Below are positions 13,220 through 24,825 of a stretch of 64,000 nucleotides of DNA, one piece after another. A program made the position numbers and the translations under genes. The first letter of the stretch is position 1; the number at the start of each line of letters is the position of its first letter. The DNA is from Amphiscolops sp. MND2022 (taxonomy: Eukaryota): positions 60,202,001 through 60,266,000 of the forward strand of contig OZ076416.1 in the NCBI GenBank assembly GCA_964187785.1. Reading direction: 5' to 3'. The notes below the pieces were generated by a model. It saw nothing but the letters and a program-made list of their open reading frames with translations, was not told where the DNA came from and did no database searches.

Positions 13220-13594
13220 ATGAGTAGAGTTTGGGTTAAAGGAAAGCGTGATTGTTGAGATCAGTGAATCAATCGGGAAAATGAGTCTGAATGAAGCGTT
13301 GGCCCAGATGCTAGCTATTGGTCAGCAGCGATGCAGTGATGATCTTAGCAGAGCTAAAAGCCGAATACAGTCTAGAGCGCTTATTGTCTTACCTGGTAAT
13401 GGCCAGATGTGACATTGAAAGACTCAACTCGTTTTCCAAGACTTTGGAAAAAAAGCTGCCCCTTGGGCATCCTGAACAATTGGAAGCGAAGAAATTATCC
13501 TTATGGCTCTCGATATAATGTTGCTTGGTGTATTCTTCGGGTCTATTTGTTGGAAAAGGTTCCTCCCAACCGCTGTACGTTGGTCGTCAAATGA
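13220..13594 (+). pseudogene. Gypsy A accessory ORF4 (MSRVWVKG...LLEKVPPNRCTLVVK*), unknown function, interrupted
   Basis: ATG at 13220; ends at the TGA of ORF-track ORF 13409-13594; internal frameshifts. Confidence 0.4.
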
Positions 13595-14703
13595 CTTCGG
13601 AGGTTGCTGGATTCTTAACGCCAAATCAGTTAGCGGAGTTCACGTTGTCCGAAGTCGAAGACTTGATACCAGTGTTAGCACCCGTGCTAACGCCCATTTA
13701 CGGAGCAGTCGGAATTCTCAGATATCAAACGAAGCCTTTGCCGCTGGCGTCAGAGAATTTGCGTACTTCAATCCTGACCTTCCTAGTGAGTAAGAAATCA
13801 AACGACTATCAACAAATGCAGGAACGCGGCTTGTTCATGCACGTCCCGCGTATGTACACGACATTCAAACCTAATGGGATTCTACAAGATGAAAAAATGC
13901 CCTCTGCCATGAGTGTATGGGCCTGTAAATTGGTATGGGTCACCGTTGGACGCAACTGAAATTGCCAATTAGATGTAATTGGAGCATGACTAGACTTTGA
14001 ACACACGGGAACGAGAGCTTGCGAGCTCTTGGAGGTCACACAACTCGAGATCATAGGTTTCATGTTATCAAAACCCCAGCGCGGTATTGGCGAGCAGCCA
14101 TTGGATTAGCGAGACCCTAACCCATAGGTTTGATTGTGCGAGGCTTCAATGAGCAGTTCTGCTACCGCGACCATTACAAACGGGGAATGTTGATGTCCAG
14201 AACCCTGGAAGACAAGCGAGGACGTCCCCGAGGAAACGTGGTACTGCATGAAAATGTGACAGTTTGGAACCCCGAGCCTAGAGTAACTATTCGGAAAAAC
14301 ATGAATGACGAGACATGCTACCACGTAATGGAACTCCTCAGTGATCCTCTATGACCAGAGTGGGAAGCCTCACTTCTTGTGATCGAGCAACGGAACAAGG
14401 AACACCGGTCTAGAGCCTGCGGGCTCTGGAACAGATCTGACTTGCGACCAAAAATCAATGCAGAGCAAAAAACGAACCATAACGCCTCGGACAGATGTTA
14501 CTAGTCAAACAAATGCCACCACTGCAACTCCAGCCCCCTTGAATGTGGAAATCCCTCCGGAAACAAGCAGCAATACTACTGAGACCACCAACTTATCACA
14601 GGCTACAATTAGCCAGGACGTAAGAAGGGAACATTCCCCAGAGGCGACCACTCCAGAAGATACTGATAAAAGCCAGCAAAGAAACTCAGAACGGAGAGCG
14701 TAG
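13591..14703 (+). pseudogene. Gypsy A accessory ORF5 (MTSEVAGFLTPNQLAEF...), unknown function, interrupted
   Basis: ATG at 13591 in ORF 13525-13959; continues through 14130-14354 and 14458-14703 fragments; 3' end uncertain. Confidence 0.5.
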
Positions 14704-14808
14704 TTATCCGAAAGAGAGAGATTGGGCGTGATCAAGTAAAGACACGACAAAACTCAGCCGCCCATGAATGAAAAGTATGAAGCCAATTTCAACCGATAGT
14801 GTGCATTA

Positions 14809-14842
14809 GCAGAGGTGAAGCCCGAGGGCTTCACCCCTCTGC
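14809..14842. other. Strong GC-rich hairpin in the Gypsy A 3' UTR
   Basis: GCAGAGG-TGAAGCCC-GA-GGGCTTCA-CC-CCTCTGC: up to 15 bp with one 2-nt bulge. Confidence 0.75.
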
Positions 14843-15523
14843 CTAGAAAGAAGAAACTCAGTTAAACAATCAATCCTTAGCGTTACGTTGTCGCAATAAT
14901 TTTTTTCAATATCAATTAGTGTTTACGTTCAAACGATCAGTGCTGATAGATGGTGCTACCGGAGCATTTTTAGTTATGTAGTTTTCTAGTTATTGTTGTT
15001 GCTGATATAAAGCAAAACCGAAGGTAACAAAGAAAGAAAAGAAATGAACGAAGAAATTGTCAGTTGAACTTGCCAATCATTTTTCTTTAGTCGAAGCTTG
15101 AGGCTGAGAATTAGTCTCACAAAAGATGCTATACTCCAAGAACTTGAACTGGTTTTACGGCAGCAGCTCTAAAAAGAATTTTTCCTTTTTCCTTCCAAGC
15201 TCTTCAAACAAGAAGTTTTAATAGTGTCATGTGTTAACCGAAAAGCGACTTTTCAATGAAGAACGGTTATAGAAGAATATTTTCAGCTGAAAAAAAAAGA
15301 AAAAGAAGTTTTACTCACCTAGCTTGCTGACAGTATGCAAAATAAAATAATTGCAGTGTAGTAAGTTATATCGGGAGTGATTTCTTTCCTTTTCTTTATT
15401 GATTGAATCCTGCGCGCCTTCCAACATGGCAACCCGTGCATTGAAGATGTCTATGAGACGGTGACAAGGACGACAAAAATCCAGCTCCATCCAGCTACCC
15501 ACGTGACGGGGACATCAAGCATT

Positions 15524-15538
15524 AAGCCCGGGGAGTGA
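15524..15538 (+). promoter_or_regulatory. Polypurine tract of Gypsy A
   Basis: AAGCCCGGGGAGTGA immediately before the 3' LTR TGTAACGA. Confidence 0.8.
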
Positions 15539-16222
15539 TGTAACGATCACGAAGCATCGACATACAAAGTCCCAAAACTTCGTTCAAAGTAGTATAAAGG
15601 AGCTATATTTTGACGGTTTTAATCATGTTCCGCTGACAGACTCCGTGTCTTTAAAAAAGACCTGCTAGCCGACTTAAAGAGACCCTGGACAATACAGAGC
15701 AAAAAGAGACCCGCAAAAGCAAGAACGAAACGACTGCGAACCGAGAAAGTGTGAAAAAAACCTCAAATTTGTTCATTACACGCCGATTGTTGCAATTACT
15801 TAAAATGGGTCTTGAAAGTGTTCAATCAAGCACCCGTGCTTGTGCCGCCTCTAACTATTGCCTTGCCATGTTGATTGTGCAGTGAAATACCAGTTATCTA
15901 GATGATTTAGCTCGAGAGCTACTTTTTCACCGTGACTTGTGATACGGAATTTTATCTTTACCACCACCTTCATTTTCAAAGGCTATCTGACCGGTAATTT
16001 CGATAGAAAAACGTAATTCATGCTACAGAAAACAATTAAATACTAGACAAAGTCGACGAGTACTCCACAGGAGGCGGAATCCTCCTTTTACGGGACGACT
16101 TTTACCCGAAGGAGGTAAAATGGACCTACGGCAATGGGGGACTGTCCCGGGCAAACACCCATTTCGTAGATTCCTCCCTCTCTATGACGGAGCAGCGACA
16201 ATGGTGAGAGCTTGTCGTTACA
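15539..16222 (+). repeat. 3' LTR of Gypsy A (684 bp)
   Basis: TGTAACGATC...GAGCTTGTCGTTACA, preceded by the PPT. Confidence 0.9.
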
Positions 16223-16229
16223 CTGGGTA

Positions 16230-16620
16230 GTTACTTCCCAACGAAGGGTCGGAAGATTGATGTCATCAGAAAACGTAGTGGGTTCTAAAGTGCTTTAGAC
16301 AGGGCACTATTCCAATTTAGACAGGAACAATCGCTTTCCCGGAAACTCTGAACTTTCTCCTTTTACTTGCTTACTTCTATAAAATACACGTCATCTTCGA
16401 GCATTATTTTGGACGATTGTGATATTGGACATGTCAGACATGTCAACCCAAAGTCGAAAGTAGCTTCTTGTGAGAAACTTTCCCCTGGCATCCATTTGTC
16501 CTCCCAACAAAGCACCGAAACTGCAAAGCACCATCTGAGGGAAGTTTGACGCGGCACGTCGCTTTTTTAGACATCCTACATTCTCATTACTTCATCGATA
16601 CTGTTACAACTCCCCTTGGA
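16230..16620 (-). mobile_element. 3' end (PPT + partial LTR) of another LTR element on the minus strand
   Basis: Reverse complement reads CCAAGGGGAGT-TGTAACAG (PPT then LTR start at 16608); no coding region recognised upstream. Confidence 0.45.
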
Positions 16621-17130
16621 GTCAAAGTGCTATGAACATTTCATGTGTCGATAAGCTGTCGCGTAGTTCGACGAAGGTTTACGAGTGGAAGGAACTTGAT
16701 GGGATGGGGCTTTGCTGGACGGAACGGGCTCCCATCTACTTTACTAGTAGGCCCTTTTTGCCTCCCTAGACCACCGTTCTTACAGCTCATAAAAACAGTG
16801 CAAGGTTGCAATTCAGTTTGCAGAGATAACTAGACGAATATCAAAATCGTAAATAGTAACTTAAGAGCTCAACAATACAGGCATAAAGTGTGATAATCAA
16901 TATTACATTACAATGGCAGAGCACAATGCTGTAGGTAGCGTTTTGATGAAATACGGCAATCAAACGCCAAACTAAAAGAAAGGTGTGATTAGCACCTAAT
17001 TTTGAGTCGTTCATCGGAGAGTTTTTCTGCTGCTACTGTTCTACTGCTGATTAGAAGTTTAAAACAAGCTTCTTCGTGATTGCATTCCTTCATTACCAAG
17101 TCCATCATGCTTGTAAGAGGATAGCGGTAT

Positions 17131-17484
17131 ATTACTGGTATCAAATAATCCACCTCTAATGGGATGACGTTCTGTTGTGATTCAAACTTTGATGTTTTCA
17201 GATGAAGCGCATGTCAGTCAATTCTTGAAAACGAATTTTCAAATGAAAAACTATAGTTTCAGGGCAAAATCATATTTGAGTTTTTATTCAGGGTAATTCT
17301 CTGGAAACTTAGTGTTTTTTATGCAATTCAATGTCGCTCCTTCATGACAATGGCTTTCGGAATTGTTTTTAAAACACGCATATTTTGACATTTACTTTTT
17401 AATATGAAAATGCATCATATCTGAACATGTTAAAACAGTCAAAGCCAATGCCAATTACTACAAGACAGCGGATATTACTTGTAG
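17131..17484. repeat. Dispersed ~360-bp repeat, copy 1, ending in an ACTACAAG...CTTGTAG hairpin
   Basis: Direct repeat of 18779-19147, about 75% identity. Confidence 0.8.
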
Positions 17485-18778
17485 CCTGAATCCGATGTGA
17501 AGATTTGAATTTTCTAGAATTTTCTCAGCTCTATATAATATTGCTATATATTATTTTTGCCTCACTCAATGTTCTCACATTCCTATCAAGCAGAATAAGA
17601 CCTTGCGACATGTGGGGTCTTTGAAGTGTTTTCATAGTCAGAAATAGTTTGGTCTGATGCTATTTTTAGAACATATCGGGGGTATTTACGTTCATGACCC
17701 TCATTTTGTTGACTGTCATCTTCCTCACGTTATATAAACCCAACTTAAGGAAACTCTGGGACTATTATAATTGTTGGCTCATTGAAAACGTTCGGTTAAA
17801 TTTTGAAACAAATTGATCAAAATGTAAATCAGAAAAATACATTATTGGAGATCAAGGCAAAGGGACATATTGCCCGATTGCGGAAATTTGGGCATAATGT
17901 TAGGTGGTGAAAACTTGAAATCAATTGAACGAGAGTTAGGAAACGTCATAAACAGTCCCATAGTTCATAGCGACACTGCGGTCCCTGCTCATTTTCGAGA
18001 AACTTCATCTCAGGAAAATGGGATCGGGATACTGATGCTGGAAATGAAGCTCTAAGACAAGACTGAATATTAGAATCTATGGAAATTCTGTCAAACGAGA
18101 TGAAAGAGACTTCCTCGAGCGATGGACTCTTTAGTGAGAATGATGCATACCCGGATCAATCAGGCCATGAGGCTCCGCTATCAATAATAGGGTTATCCCT
18201 GAAACACAAAATATAATTGGAACTTTGCTTTCAGGAGAGAGAAATACTAAGGCTGGTACGTCCTCTAGCACTCAAGGTCTTGGAAAAAAACTAAACGAGT
18301 TAAACACACCTAAAAGGTCTTTTAGCAATAACTTACTCCCGAACTATCCTCCAACGGCGTTCCTTGAAGAACACAATCGTTAGAACATACAATTGGTTAC
18401 GTACTCTTGACCTAATACCCAATAACTTGAAAACTTTGTCAGAATTGTCAGTTAAAAGTCTCATTACAAACATTGCTATCAATTTTATCTCAAACAATTC
18501 TGAAGTCTTCAGTATCTACTTTTAGACCTCAGATTCTCAGATCGCCAAATCAAGGATTCTAAATAGATTTCTTTGAGATGTAAAGTTGGTTCTCAGGGCG
18601 AAAACTTAAATGTCGAGCTGAAAAGCTCTTTTTTCGTCCTTTTGACGTTTATTTAGTTGACATTTTACTATGTAACTTTATATCGTCAATAAATAAATTA
18701 TTATTAACAAAGACAGATTCTAGTCCTGCCGTTGATCTTAGAGAATCTGCACAACTAAGTCCTTACAGGTAGCAATAA

Positions 18779-19147
18779 ATTACTGGTATCAAAAATCTAC
18801 CTCCACTGGGTTGACGGCTAGTGCGTGGGTCTGTAGTGATCCAAACTTTGATTTTTTGTCAGATGATGCCTATGTTAGTCAATTCTTGAAAACGAATTTT
18901 CAAATGAAAAATTATAATTTCAGGGCAAAATCACTTTTGAGATTTATCAGGGTTGTTTTTTTAAATAGATAGTATTTTTAATGCCATTCTATGTCGCACT
19001 TGCGTGACAACAGCTTAGATTATGGAGTTGTTTTCAGAAGAGGTAAATTTTGACGTTTTCAATTTTCAACAAATGCGTCATATCGGAAACAGTTATAGCA
19101 ATTAAAGTCATAGCCAACTACTACAAGACAGCGGATATTACTTGTAG
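18779..19147. repeat. Dispersed ~360-bp repeat, copy 2
   Basis: Direct repeat of 17131-17484 with an identical terminal actacaagacagcggatattacttgtag. Confidence 0.8.
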
Positions 19148-20077
19148 TCATAAAATTATTTGAGAAGATTTGAATTTTCTCTAGTAGACTTGTTACAGAA
19201 GTTTCTAGGTTCCTTTCCCATACCCAAAGCATGGTTTGTTCTGCGGATTACTTAACACGGAATTGAACTATGGGAAAGGTCCTATTTTCACACCCTTGTA
19301 GTTAGTCATGTGTGAAAACTCCCAATTATTCACGTTGGGTGTCTACAAAACAGGAAAGATAAATAAACGTCTCTATATGCTGCCTGAAAAAAGTCAATAT
19401 AAAACGAGACATTTATGTCGACATTCCATCCTCATAACTTTTCTGTTAATCCATAATTTTACACGATACTTTCCTTCCCTTGCATACCATTAAAATCAAT
19501 AAAAATTGACTGTCTCTTACTTTGATCGCGTTATTTGATTATTTCATAACCAATGCGTCTTAGAGTTTAACGACGACAATCGATAGATACCTGCATCAAA
19601 AACACGATCTGAAAACTGATTGGTCAAACGACTTTAGTCAAGAAGATTCGATGAGGTAACAACTACGCTAGATAGCTCGTTATCCAATGAAAACTCGCAA
19701 AAAACGTCTCACTTTCTTTTAAATATGTCGAAAATTTTGAACAATATATCAATTGTTGATTCTTAGCGGGTGACACGACGACAAAATAAGTAAATGATCG
19801 TCATTTTGTCTGCAATTGAACTGCAAAAATAATGAAATAACAATTTTAGTCATCAATTGATCCGATTTCAGACACCACAATGGCTAGGCTAATGGCACTT
19901 AGCACAGTCCTCAAAAAATGTAGTTCGTGGAATCAACGGATCCATATTTCATTAATAGGCAGTGATTTTCATAGAAATATGAGTCACACAAGCCTGCACA
20001 CAAGATCTAAGCCGAAATGTGAAACGAATTAGATAATTTAACAACGATGTAAAAAGCTTGATCAAACGATTCATGTT

Positions 20078-23000
20078 AGTCAAAATTGTTGTCTACGATA
20101 TATAGCTTTGTCAACGTCATGATATGCATCTTAACAGTTATCGATGCAGAATTCTTAAATTCATAGGCATGAGTTTTAGTTCCAGGTATTTGCTATTGGG
20201 CAGAGATTTAGGTTTTAGAGCAGCTCTACAGAAAATGGATGGTGATAGTTCAGATCCTAAAAGTGTATATATTTTTATGTGCGTTTCTCTAGTCCGAAAG
20301 TTGTGTCAGTGATTACATTCTAATTTGATTAAACAATTCTTTTATTAATTCAACAGAAAACAACTCAAAAGCAGTGAGAAAACTGTTCTTTTGTTAAAAT
20401 TTCAAAAATTTAACTTAGCGAACTTTTTTATGCTTTGTCATCGTCGGTGCGCTTGTTCATCTTTTATACTTGTTTTTGCGAGAGAGTCATATTCAAGTGT
20501 TACCTTTAATAAATTATGATTCAACCACAAATTGTGGCCAACTATTAAACAACTTTGCGAATGGAAAATTAGAATATGACTTATTAGTCCACAGAATGCT
20601 ATGAGTTTTTTCACAAGGTGATCAATGCGTTCTTCAAGCCTCAACATCTCGTCAAAGCACACTCCTAGATATTTACAATCAATTTTGTGATCGACGCGTT
20701 GTCCACATAGTTAACATTTTCTAGTTTTTTGAGCACAAAACAGATGCTCCCACATTTGTCTTTATTACCAGTTAATTTACAGGAATGAATCCAATTAAAA
20801 AAACAAGGTCTTTCTCAATTTACCTATCATCTTGTTTTCCTGCCTTAATGAAAGACATATCGTCAAGAAACATTGCTAATTGGCTGTCTTTTCTGCAACT
20901 TTTGAGGTCATCAACTTGTATTAAGAGGAGAAGCTGACACAAAACTGAACCTTGTAGAACTCGAGTGAATCATCAAAACTTGACGGTTCTGCCCGGTAAT
21001 TGAAGTGTTTTGTCATGTTGGGTCGAAGTATTTTTCCATAGTTTTCCATTAAAACTGAATTCATCATTATAGTTTATTAATTAGCTGTTTCTTTAATAAT
21101 TAGCATAGCTGATCGAGGGTATTAAACGTTCTTTTTGAGGTCGACGAAACAAGCCTGGCTGGAAGATTTTTTAAACAAGTTCATCAAGTCATTGTTTTTT
21201 CGAGATGACACTTTTATCTTTGCTTTTTTGATTTTGTATATTACCAAAGAACGCCGGATTGAAGTGAGGAATTTAGAATCGCTGAAAAATACTTGCATAT
21301 AAAATCTAGATGTTATCGCGAGTTTTTCTGTGTCTTGCGTAAAGTGTACTTGGGTTATGTCCTCGCTGGAACAAAATTTTTGCTTGGAGCTGAAGAGTAG
21401 ATATGAAGAGGTTCCCTTTTGGAGTTTTTCGGCACTAATTGATTCACTAAAGAACACTTTTTTGATACTATTTAGCTGTTTGAGGTTTTAGGCAATTAAA
21501 ATTGTTTTTCGAGTCAAAGTTTTGCTCACTTTACTTCAAACAGCAACGCATCAAAGTCAAAATTGTTGTCTACGATATATAGCTTTGTCAATGTCATGAT
21601 ATGCATCTTAACAGTTATCGATGCAGAATTCTTAAATTCATAGGCATGAGTTTTAGTTCCAGGTATTTGCTATTGGGCAGAGATTTAGGTTTTAGAGCAG
21701 CTCTACAGAAAATGGATGGTGATAGTTCAGATCCTAAAAGTGTATATATTTTTATGTGCGTTTCTCTAGTCCGAAAGTTGTTTTAGTGATTACTTTCTAA
21801 ATTGATTAAACAATTCTTTTATTAATTCAACAAAAAACAACTCAAAAGCAGTGAGAAAACTGTTCTTTTGTTAAAATCTTAAAAATTTAACTTAGCGAAC
21901 TTTTTTATGCTTTGTCATCGTCGGTGCGCTTGTTCATTTTTTATACTTGTTTTTGCGGGAGAGTCATTTTCAAGTGTTACCTTTAATAAATTATGATTCA
22001 ACCACAAATTGTGGCCAACTATTAAACAACTTTGCGAATGGAAAATTAGAATATGACTTATTAGTCCACAGAATGCTATGGGTTTTTTCACAAGGTGATC
22101 AATGCGTTCTTCAAACCTCAACCTCTCGTCAAAGCACACTCCTAGATATTTACAATCAATTTTGTGATCGACGCAGTGTCCACATAGTTAACATTTTCTA
22201 GTTTTTTGAGCACAAAACAGATGCTCCCACATTTGTCTTTATTACCAGTTAATTTACAGGAATGAATCCAATTAAAAAAAACAAGGTCTTTCTCAATTAA
22301 CCTATCATCTTGTTTTCCTGCCTTAATGAAAGACATATCGTCAAGAAACATTGCTAATTGGCTGTCTTTTCTGCAACTTTTGAGGTCATCAACTTGTATT
22401 AAGAGGAGAAGCTGACACAAAACTGAACCTTGTAGAACTCGAGTGAATCATCAAAACTTGACGGTTCTGCCCGGTAATTGAAGTGTTTTGTCATGTTGGG
22501 TCGAAGTATTTTTCCATAGTTTTCCATTAAAACTGAATTCATCATTATAGTTTATTAATTAGCTGTATCTTTAATAATTAGCATAGCTGATCGAGGGTAT
22601 TAAACGTTCTTTTTGAGGTCGACGAAACAAGCCTGGCTGGAAGATTTTTTAAACAAGTTCATCAAGTCATTGTTTTTTCGAGATGACACTTTTATCTTTG
22701 CTTTTTTGATTTTGTATATTACCAAACAACGCCGGATTGAAGTGAGGAATTTAGAATTGCTGAAAAATACTTGCATATAAAATCTAGATGTTATCGCGAG
22801 TTTTTCTGTGTCTTGCGTAAAGTGTACTTGGGTTATGTCCTCGCTGGAACAAAATTTTTGCTTGGAGCTGAAGAGTAGATATGAAGAGGTTCCCTTTTGG
22901 AGTTTTTCGGCACTAATTGATTCACTAAAGAACACTTTTTTGATACTATTTAGCTGTTTGAGGTTTTAGGCAATTAAAATTGTTTTTCGAGTCAAAGTTT

Positions 23001-24512
23001 TGCTCACTTTACTTCAAACAGCAACGCATCAAAGTCAAAATTGTTGTCTACGATATATAGCTTTGTCAATGTCATGATATGCATCTTAACAGTTATCGAT
23101 GCAGAATTCTTAAATTCATAGGCATGAGTTTTAGTTCCAGGTATTTGCTATTGGGCAGAGATTTAGGTTTTAGAGCAGCTATACAGAAAATCGATGGTGA
23201 TAGTTCAGATCCTAAAAGTGTATATATTTTTATGTGCGTTTCTCTAGTCCGAAAGTTGTTTTAGTGATTACTTTCTAATTTGATTAAACAATTCTTTTAT
23301 TAATTCAACAGAAAACAACTCAAAAGCAGTGAGAAAACTGTTCTTTTGTTAAAATTTTAAAAATTTAACTTAGCGAACTTTTTTATGCTTTGTCATCGTC
23401 GGTGCGCTTGTTCATTTTTTATACTTGTTTTTGCGGGAGAGTCATATTCAAGTGTTACCTTTAATAAATTATGATTCAACCACAAATTGTGGCCAACTAT
23501 TAAACAACTTTGCGAATGGAAAATTAGAATATGACTTATTAGTCCACAGAATGCTATGGGTTTTTTCACAAGGTGATCAATGCGTTCTTCAAACCTCAAC
23601 CTCTCGTCAAAGCACACTCCTAGATATTTACAATCAATTTTGTGATCGACGCGTTGTCCACATAGTTAACATTTTCTAGTTTTTTGAGCACAAAACAGAT
23701 GCTCCCACATTTGTCTTTATTACCAGTTAATTTACAGGAATGAATCCAATTAAAAAAAACAAGGTCTTTCTCAATTAACCTATCATCTTGTTTTCCTGCC
23801 TTAATGAAAGACATATCGTCAAGAAACATTGCTAATTGGCTGTCTTTTCTGCAACTTTTGAGGTCATCAACTTGTATTAAGAGGAGAAGCTGACACAAAA
23901 CTGAACCTTGTAGAACTCGAGTGAATCATCAAAACTTGACGGTTCTGCCCGGTAATTGAAGTGTTTTGTCATGTTGGGTCGAAGGATTTTTCCATAGTTT
24001 TCCATTAAAACTGAATTCATCATTATAGTTTATTAATTAGCTGTATCTTTAATAATTAGCATAGCTGATCGAGGGTATTAAACGTTCTTTTTGAGGTCGA
24101 CGAAACAAGCCTGGCTGGAAGATTTTTTAAACAAGTTCATCAAGTCATTGTTTTTTCGAGATGACACTTTTATCGTTGCTTTTTTGATTTTGTATATTAC
24201 CAAACAACGCCGGATTGAAATGAGGAATTTAGAATCGCTGAAAAATACTGGCATATAAAATCTATATGTTATCGCGAGTTTTTCTGTGTCTTGCGTAAAG
24301 TGTACTTGGGTTATGTCCTCGCTGAAACAAAAGTTTTGCTTGGAGCTGAAGAGTAGATATGAAGAGGTTCCCTTTTGGAGTTTTTCGGCACTAATTGATT
24401 CACTAAAGAACACTTTTTTGATACTATTTAGCTGTTTTGAGGTGTTAGGCAATTAAAATTGTTTTTCGAGTCAAAGTTTTGCTCACTTTACTTCAAACAG
24501 CAACGCATCAAA
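20078..24512. repeat. Three tandem copies of a 1477-1478 bp unit
   Basis: Unit starts agtcaaaattgttgtctacg at 20078, 21555, 23033; ORF-track offsets 20124/21601/23079. Confidence 0.97.
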
Positions 24513-24610
24513 GACAAGAAGCTTTTTTTTGTTTTCAATTACAAACAAAAAGTCGCAGTTTTAGCCAATGTTTTTTTTCAGTTTTCTGAAAAGCAAAAAA
24601 ACTTTGATGT
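20090..24610 (-). pseudogene. Decayed CR1/L2-group LINE reverse transcriptase, present three times in the tandem array
   Basis: QACFVDLKK (FIDLxKAF), GVLQGSVLCQLLLLIQVDDL (GVPQGSVLGP), SQLAMFLDD (FADD), KCKYLGVCFDExLRF; the same stops and frameshifts recur between copies. Confidence 0.85.
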
Positions 24611-24639
24611 TATCGGAGGAATTTTTCCTCCGCCAGCAC

Positions 24640-24825
24640 TGTGGTAGAGATCTCAGACTTATTTGTAAACAGTACCTGTTAAACCTTAGCTTCAATCATG
24701 TTTACTTTCTTCACTTTGCGAGACAGCCTAGATAGAAAACGAGATAGCTTCTACATTCTTTTAGCATTTCATCAATACAACGTTCGATTCCTCTACGTTG
24801 TTTTTGCTTGAGTCCATCGTTAACA
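24640..24825 (+). repeat. 5' LTR of Gypsy B (duplicated at 27169-27354)
   Basis: TGTGGTAGAGATCT...CCATCGTTAACA; matches 31088-31272. Confidence 0.9.

Larger units (their letters stand above)
193..16222 (+). mobile_element. Ty3/Gypsy LTR retrotransposon A, ~16 kb, decayed, with extra ORFs 3' of pol
   Basis: LTRs with TGTAACGA...TCGTTACA termini at both ends, PBS, gag knuckle, RT, RNase H, integrase in Gypsy order (RT-RH-IN), PPT abutting the 3' LTR, and flanks that rejoin into one MITE terminus. Confidence 0.85.

Noticed and set aside
12264-14703. Calling the Gypsy A downstream ORFs env
   Set aside because: No clear signal peptide, furin site, fusion peptide or C-terminal TM anchor could be seen, so they are left as unknown accessory ORFs.
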